From Acidobacteriota bacterium (GTDB taxonomy: Bacteria > Acidobacteriota > UBA6911 > RPQK01), in assembly GCA_041946865.1 (NCBI GenBank), contig JBHGBF010000008.1, positions 1 to 61,703 on the forward strand: a stretch of DNA of 61,703 bases. The letters are read 5' to 3'. The notes below the pieces were generated by a model. The model was not told where the DNA came from and made no database searches. It saw nothing but the letters and a program-made list of their open reading frames with translations. Made by a program: the position numbers and the translations under genes. Shown piece after piece: positions 58,700 to 61,703 of this stretch. How positions within the stretch are numbered: the stretch's first letter is position 1; each line of letters begins with the position of its first letter.

Positions 58700-58929
58700 A
58701 TGACGCCAAAGTATCCCGTCAAAATCCAGACGATCCGCTCCAAAGGAAGAACTGACCGCTTTTATGTCTTCGTGCCGCTGCCGCTCGCCGCGGCCATTGG
58801 ATTGCAGCGTGGTGAGGAGGTCCATGGACTTTCACGGATAAGGACACGCTCTGCCTGCGACGCCTCTGTCCGACCCCCCGAGCCACCGCTCCGTCCCCGG
58901 CAATGACAGAAGAACCGCCGCCGGAATAA
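58700..58929 (+). pseudogene. AbrB/MazE-like small DNA-binding protein with a 1-nt frameshift near 58824
   Basis: YPVKIQ...FYVFVPLPLAAAIGLQRGEEV continues in another frame as WTFTDKDTLCLRRL to TAA 58929. Confidence 0.5.
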
Positions 58930-59145
58930 CCGATATCGGCTAAGGGGGTTTTTCAGCGAAATCAAAACTTTGGACACGGCCCGGTTACGGCGCTCCCGGT
59001 TACGATTCTTCAGTGCTTGGCGCCGTCGTTCTGGTCCAGAGAGCGCGGGGCATACTTGCCTAATTGAAGCCGCCGATGACGGCATTCTTCATGCCTTGAA
59101 GGTGAAGACGCGCCCGGCGCGGTTGTCGGCTGATAAACGAGTCCG

Positions 59146-59493
59146 TCAATCCACTTCCAGGGGAATAGCATCGTCGATCATCCGTTCGACTGTCGGGCGG
59201 ACCTGTTCGTACTCTTCTTCGGAATAAACATGAGGCTCGAGTCGTGGGACTTTCAGCGTTCGTTTCACGATGCTAAAAGCATCGGGCAGTGGGGGGCCGG
59301 AGTAGATCACCAACAAATCAATATCACTGCCTGCCGTCTGGCGGTCCTTCGCATACGAGCCAAACAGGACAACGCGTTTGAGCGGAAGCCGCTCCTTCAG
59401 TGCGAGCAAACCCGCGCGGATTAGAGCGAGCAACTCTGATTGGCTATAGGGACGATAAAAGACCTTCACTGAACTGGATGATTTGCTCGGCAT
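59146..59493 (-). CDS. Minimal nucleotidyltransferase (MNT) antitoxin
   Basis: LFGSYAKDRQTAGSDIDL = GS-x10-DxD; 115 aa. Confidence 0.88.
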   Translation of the reverse strand: MPSKSSSSVKVFYRPYSQSELLALIRAGLLALKERLPLKRVVLFGSYAKDRQTAGSDIDLLVIYSGPPLPDAFSIVKRTLKVPRLEPHVYSEEEYEQVRPTVERMIDDAIPLEVD

Positions 59494-59854
59494 GGGTCAC
59501 CATCCGCTGTGCCTCGGTGCGTATGTACCGCCTTCGTGGCGAGCCAGACGGGTGGGCATCGGGGTAGCGGGTCGGAATGTAAACCTTGTCCAACTCCAAG
59601 GCTATATCTTTTAGAGCTTCCGGCACAAGCTGCGAGCGCCCGAGCTCCTCGAGGAGATCCGCTACGGAATGTCCCCAGGCCTCGGCGCCCATCTTCTGAA
59701 ATACGGCTTTCACAGCCTTCTCCGCCGCTTGTTGGGCGGAGAAACAAGCCCAGTCGAAAAAACCTCGCTCCAGATCGCTCTTGGCGTGTTCCAGGTCACC
59801 GATTGCCTGGTCCATCCAGTCCGCGCTCCGCTCCACTTTCCACCTCTCAGTCAC
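59444..59854 (-). CDS. HEPN-domain protein
   Basis: WACFSAQQAAEKAVKA, WGHSV, YIPTRYPDAH (R-x4-H). Confidence 0.9.
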   Translation of the reverse strand: MTERWKVERSADWMDQAIGDLEHAKSDLERGFFDWACFSAQQAAEKAVKAVFQKMGAEAWGHSVADLLEELGRSQLVPEALKDIALELDKVYIPTRYPDAHPSGSPRRRYIRTEAQRMVTHAEQIIQFSEGLLSSL

Positions 59855-60123
59855 CGAAGGATATCACAGGAAACCGGGGGCACCCTCAATTAGGTGACGC
59901 GCTCGCAATCCGCCGTAAGGTCTTCCGCAAGAACCCCCAACTGCTCGCACTGCCCTGCCGCTGCGCTCGCAAGACCTTGATGGAGGGTGGGAGAAGGGGC
60001 TTCCACGCGGCGGTTGAGTGGCGCACCGTCTTGTAGCGCGGCTGTATCGAACCCCGCCGGGCCTCTGGAGCACCTGCATTTGCGGCCATCTCCAAGGCTG
60101 ATCGGCGACCGGTTTCTGGTAAG

Positions 60124-61578
60124 ATGCATCTTGCCATGAAAGAAGAGCGTGGTCGGGAGGTGGGGCGCCTGATTATCGATGAATCGGTTTCAGACCAGGC
60201 CGTCCACGAATTTACGAAGCGCCATTTCGCAGAGTTGCGATGGACTGAAGTGATCGCGATCCGGGAGCAAAACTCGGGCATTCCCGACAGCGAAATTCTC
60301 CGCCATCTTCTGCGGCCCGAAGATGTCCTTCTCACCTCAGACCGCCAGCTTCATAACGCTGCGCTGAAAAAGAAAGCAACCTCCTTTTTAGTCACGCCCG
60401 ATGGCGGATTTAGTCGCGCCTGGCACAAGGGTGCGAAACCGGTTACCGTGCTTCAGAACGCGCCGCCGACAGAGCTGAAAGACTGGTACCACCCGCCGAA
60501 AAGCGGCGTCCGCCCGTTTCTCCTTCCGGATTCCGAGAAGGCCCTAAAGACACTCAGCACCAAACGGCGGCGAATCCGCAACCACTTTGGCGGCCTGCAA
60601 AACATCCAAGAATTGGCGCTCACGGTTTCACGCTCCGGCCGACTGATTGGGATTCACGTCAAAGCGTCCTCAACCGGCCAGCAGAAAGCTATTCGTGCCA
60701 GCGAGAGTTATATTCGGGAGGTCGCTGAAGAACCGGGCATCGCGGCGCTTTGTCACGCACTCATACTTGTTGTTCAACTGATGCTGCAAAGCGTCCCGGT
60801 CAAGCTCTTCTATGACGAAGAAACGATTCCCAATCCGAGCGGCGTTCGTGAGCCCCTTTTCGGGCTGCTCCTTGGAGAGTTCAAGCAAGTCGTCCCGATT
60901 GCTTGCGTGAAGGGTCCTTATCTGGAGGAGCTAAGACGCAAGCTCGCCAATCTGACGGCCCGTCCGGGAAACGAGGTACTTCTCGGAGATCTTTCTTCAT
61001 TACGGGCAAAGATCCCGCCAGAGCTCGTCGGCAGGGTGTCCCAATCAGAGCGAGAAAGCGTCGAGGCAGACCGCAATACAGATCGCGGGGCCCTGCTTCA
61101 CGCTGGGCGGGTCTTCCTCGGCTTGGCCGCCAGGCTCGAGGAAGTCCAGCAGACTGCACTGATTGGTTCAATGACTACTGAGAAGAAGAAGCCGAAAGAC
61201 ATCGATTTCCTGGTTACGGTGAAACCCCGGACCGATCTGAGGCGCCTGGCGAAAGCGGCTCGACGGCTGTCCGGCGAGATTGCCCGCGGCCGGCTGGGCT
61301 CGGATGTGTTCGTTGTTGAGGAAGGCGACTATCTGGGTAGAACTTGCCGCTTCACGGATCCCTGGCAACGTCGTCAGTGCCTCGTTAATCGACTGGCTTG
61401 TTGCACAGAGCGGAAGTTTCTGTGTGACACGAGCTCGAATTTCCGGTTGGCCCCGGAGTTGATCGCCGATCCGCCTATTGTGCTGTTTCCCGAGTTTCGA
61501 GCTCGGGTACCCGTTCCGAAGGACGTGACAGCGATGCTTTGCAGGTTGCTCACAAGTGAGCAGCAGCGAACCCTTTGA
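60124..61578 (+). CDS. PIN-like (DUF5615/Mut7-C type) domain fused to a C-terminal Cys-rich nucleotidyltransferase-like domain
   Basis: N-term LIIDESV...GIPDSEIL...VLLTSDRQL; C-term ALIGSMTTEKKKPKDIDFLV...SDVFV, then C-x10-C-x6-CC-x6-C. Confidence 0.6.
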   Translation: MHLAMKEERGREVGRLIIDESVSDQAVHEFTKRHFAELRWTEVIAIREQNSGIPDSEILRHLLRPEDVLLTSDRQLHNAALKKKATSFLVTPDGGFSRAWHKGAKPVTVLQNAPPTELKDWYHPPKSGVRPFLLPDSEKALKTLSTKRRRIRNHFGGLQNIQELALTVSRSGRLIGIHVKASSTGQQKAIRASESYIREVAEEPGIAALCHALILVVQLMLQSVPVKLFYDEETIPNPSGVREPLFGLLLGEFKQVVPIACVKGPYLEELRRKLANLTARPGNEVLLGDLSSLRAKIPPELVGRVSQSERESVEADRNTDRGALLHAGRVFLGLAARLEEVQQTALIGSMTTEKKKPKDIDFLVTVKPRTDLRRLAKAARRLSGEIARGRLGSDVFVVEEGDYLGRTCRFTDPWQRRQCLVNRLACCTERKFLCDTSSNFRLAPELIADPPIVLFPEFRARVPVPKDVTAMLCRLLTSEQQRTL

Positions 61579-61631
61579 AGAAGCGCTCGATACTCTTGTG
61601 CCGGAAGCTCCTGATCAATCATGTATGTTTC

Positions 61632-61659
61632 TGAAGGGGTGTCAGTGAAGGGGTGTCAG
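61632..61659 (+). repeat. 14-bp tandem direct repeat
   Basis: TGAAGGGGTGTCAG twice; core GGGTGTCAGA also at 57411-57420. Confidence 0.6.
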
Positions 61660-61703
61660 AGCTTCAATTTTCAGTTTTCGTCCTCGTCGTCCCTCGGTGG
61701 AGA

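Noticed and set aside
60000-60075. tRNA-like GGTTCGAT on the minus strand
   Set aside because: No T-stem, acceptor stem or cloverleaf can be built around it

Overview
GC-rich chromosomal segment of a diderm bacterium; the large carboxypeptidase-domain TonB receptor, lipoproteins and several exported hypothetical families suggest Acidobacteriota, but this is inference. From left to right: the 5' end of a probable group II intron running off the window; HAD, aldo-keto reductase and GH36 genes; an archaeal-type gatE-gatD pair joined to a beta-1,3-glucan module (sugar porter, GH158-like glucanase, GH149 phosphorylase); a DUF4091 protein; an RHH regulator with its own promoter/operator; a convergent pair of apparently exported PI3/4K-fold kinase-like and Shewanella-like phosphatase genes; a MalT/BTAD regulator followed by an 11-bp direct-repeat site, a secreted YD-repeat adaptor-like protein and a Sec-type RHS protein with no immunity gene; serpin, TerC and a methyltransferase; a ~900 bp two-armed inverted heptamer array; TonB receptor, diguanylate cyclase, ABC exporter, SIS protein, CehA/McbA hydrolase and an OM beta-barrel; a clade II nosZBDFLY cluster preceded by a GltD/NfnB-like flavo-FeS protein, Rieske, cytochrome b and pentaheme cytochrome c; and a terminal stress/TA-like islet (YaaA-like, frameshifted AbrB-like, HEPN-MNT, PIN-nucleotidyltransferase fusion). 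No rRNA, tRNA or CRISPR array was seen. Best novelty candidates: bacterial GatDE, the NAD(P)H-linked Rieske/cytb-NosZ chain, the exported kinase/phosphatase pair, the BTAD-YD-RHS locus, the giant heptamer palindrome and the PIN-NTase fusion. All family calls come from motif recognition by eye; no database searches were run.
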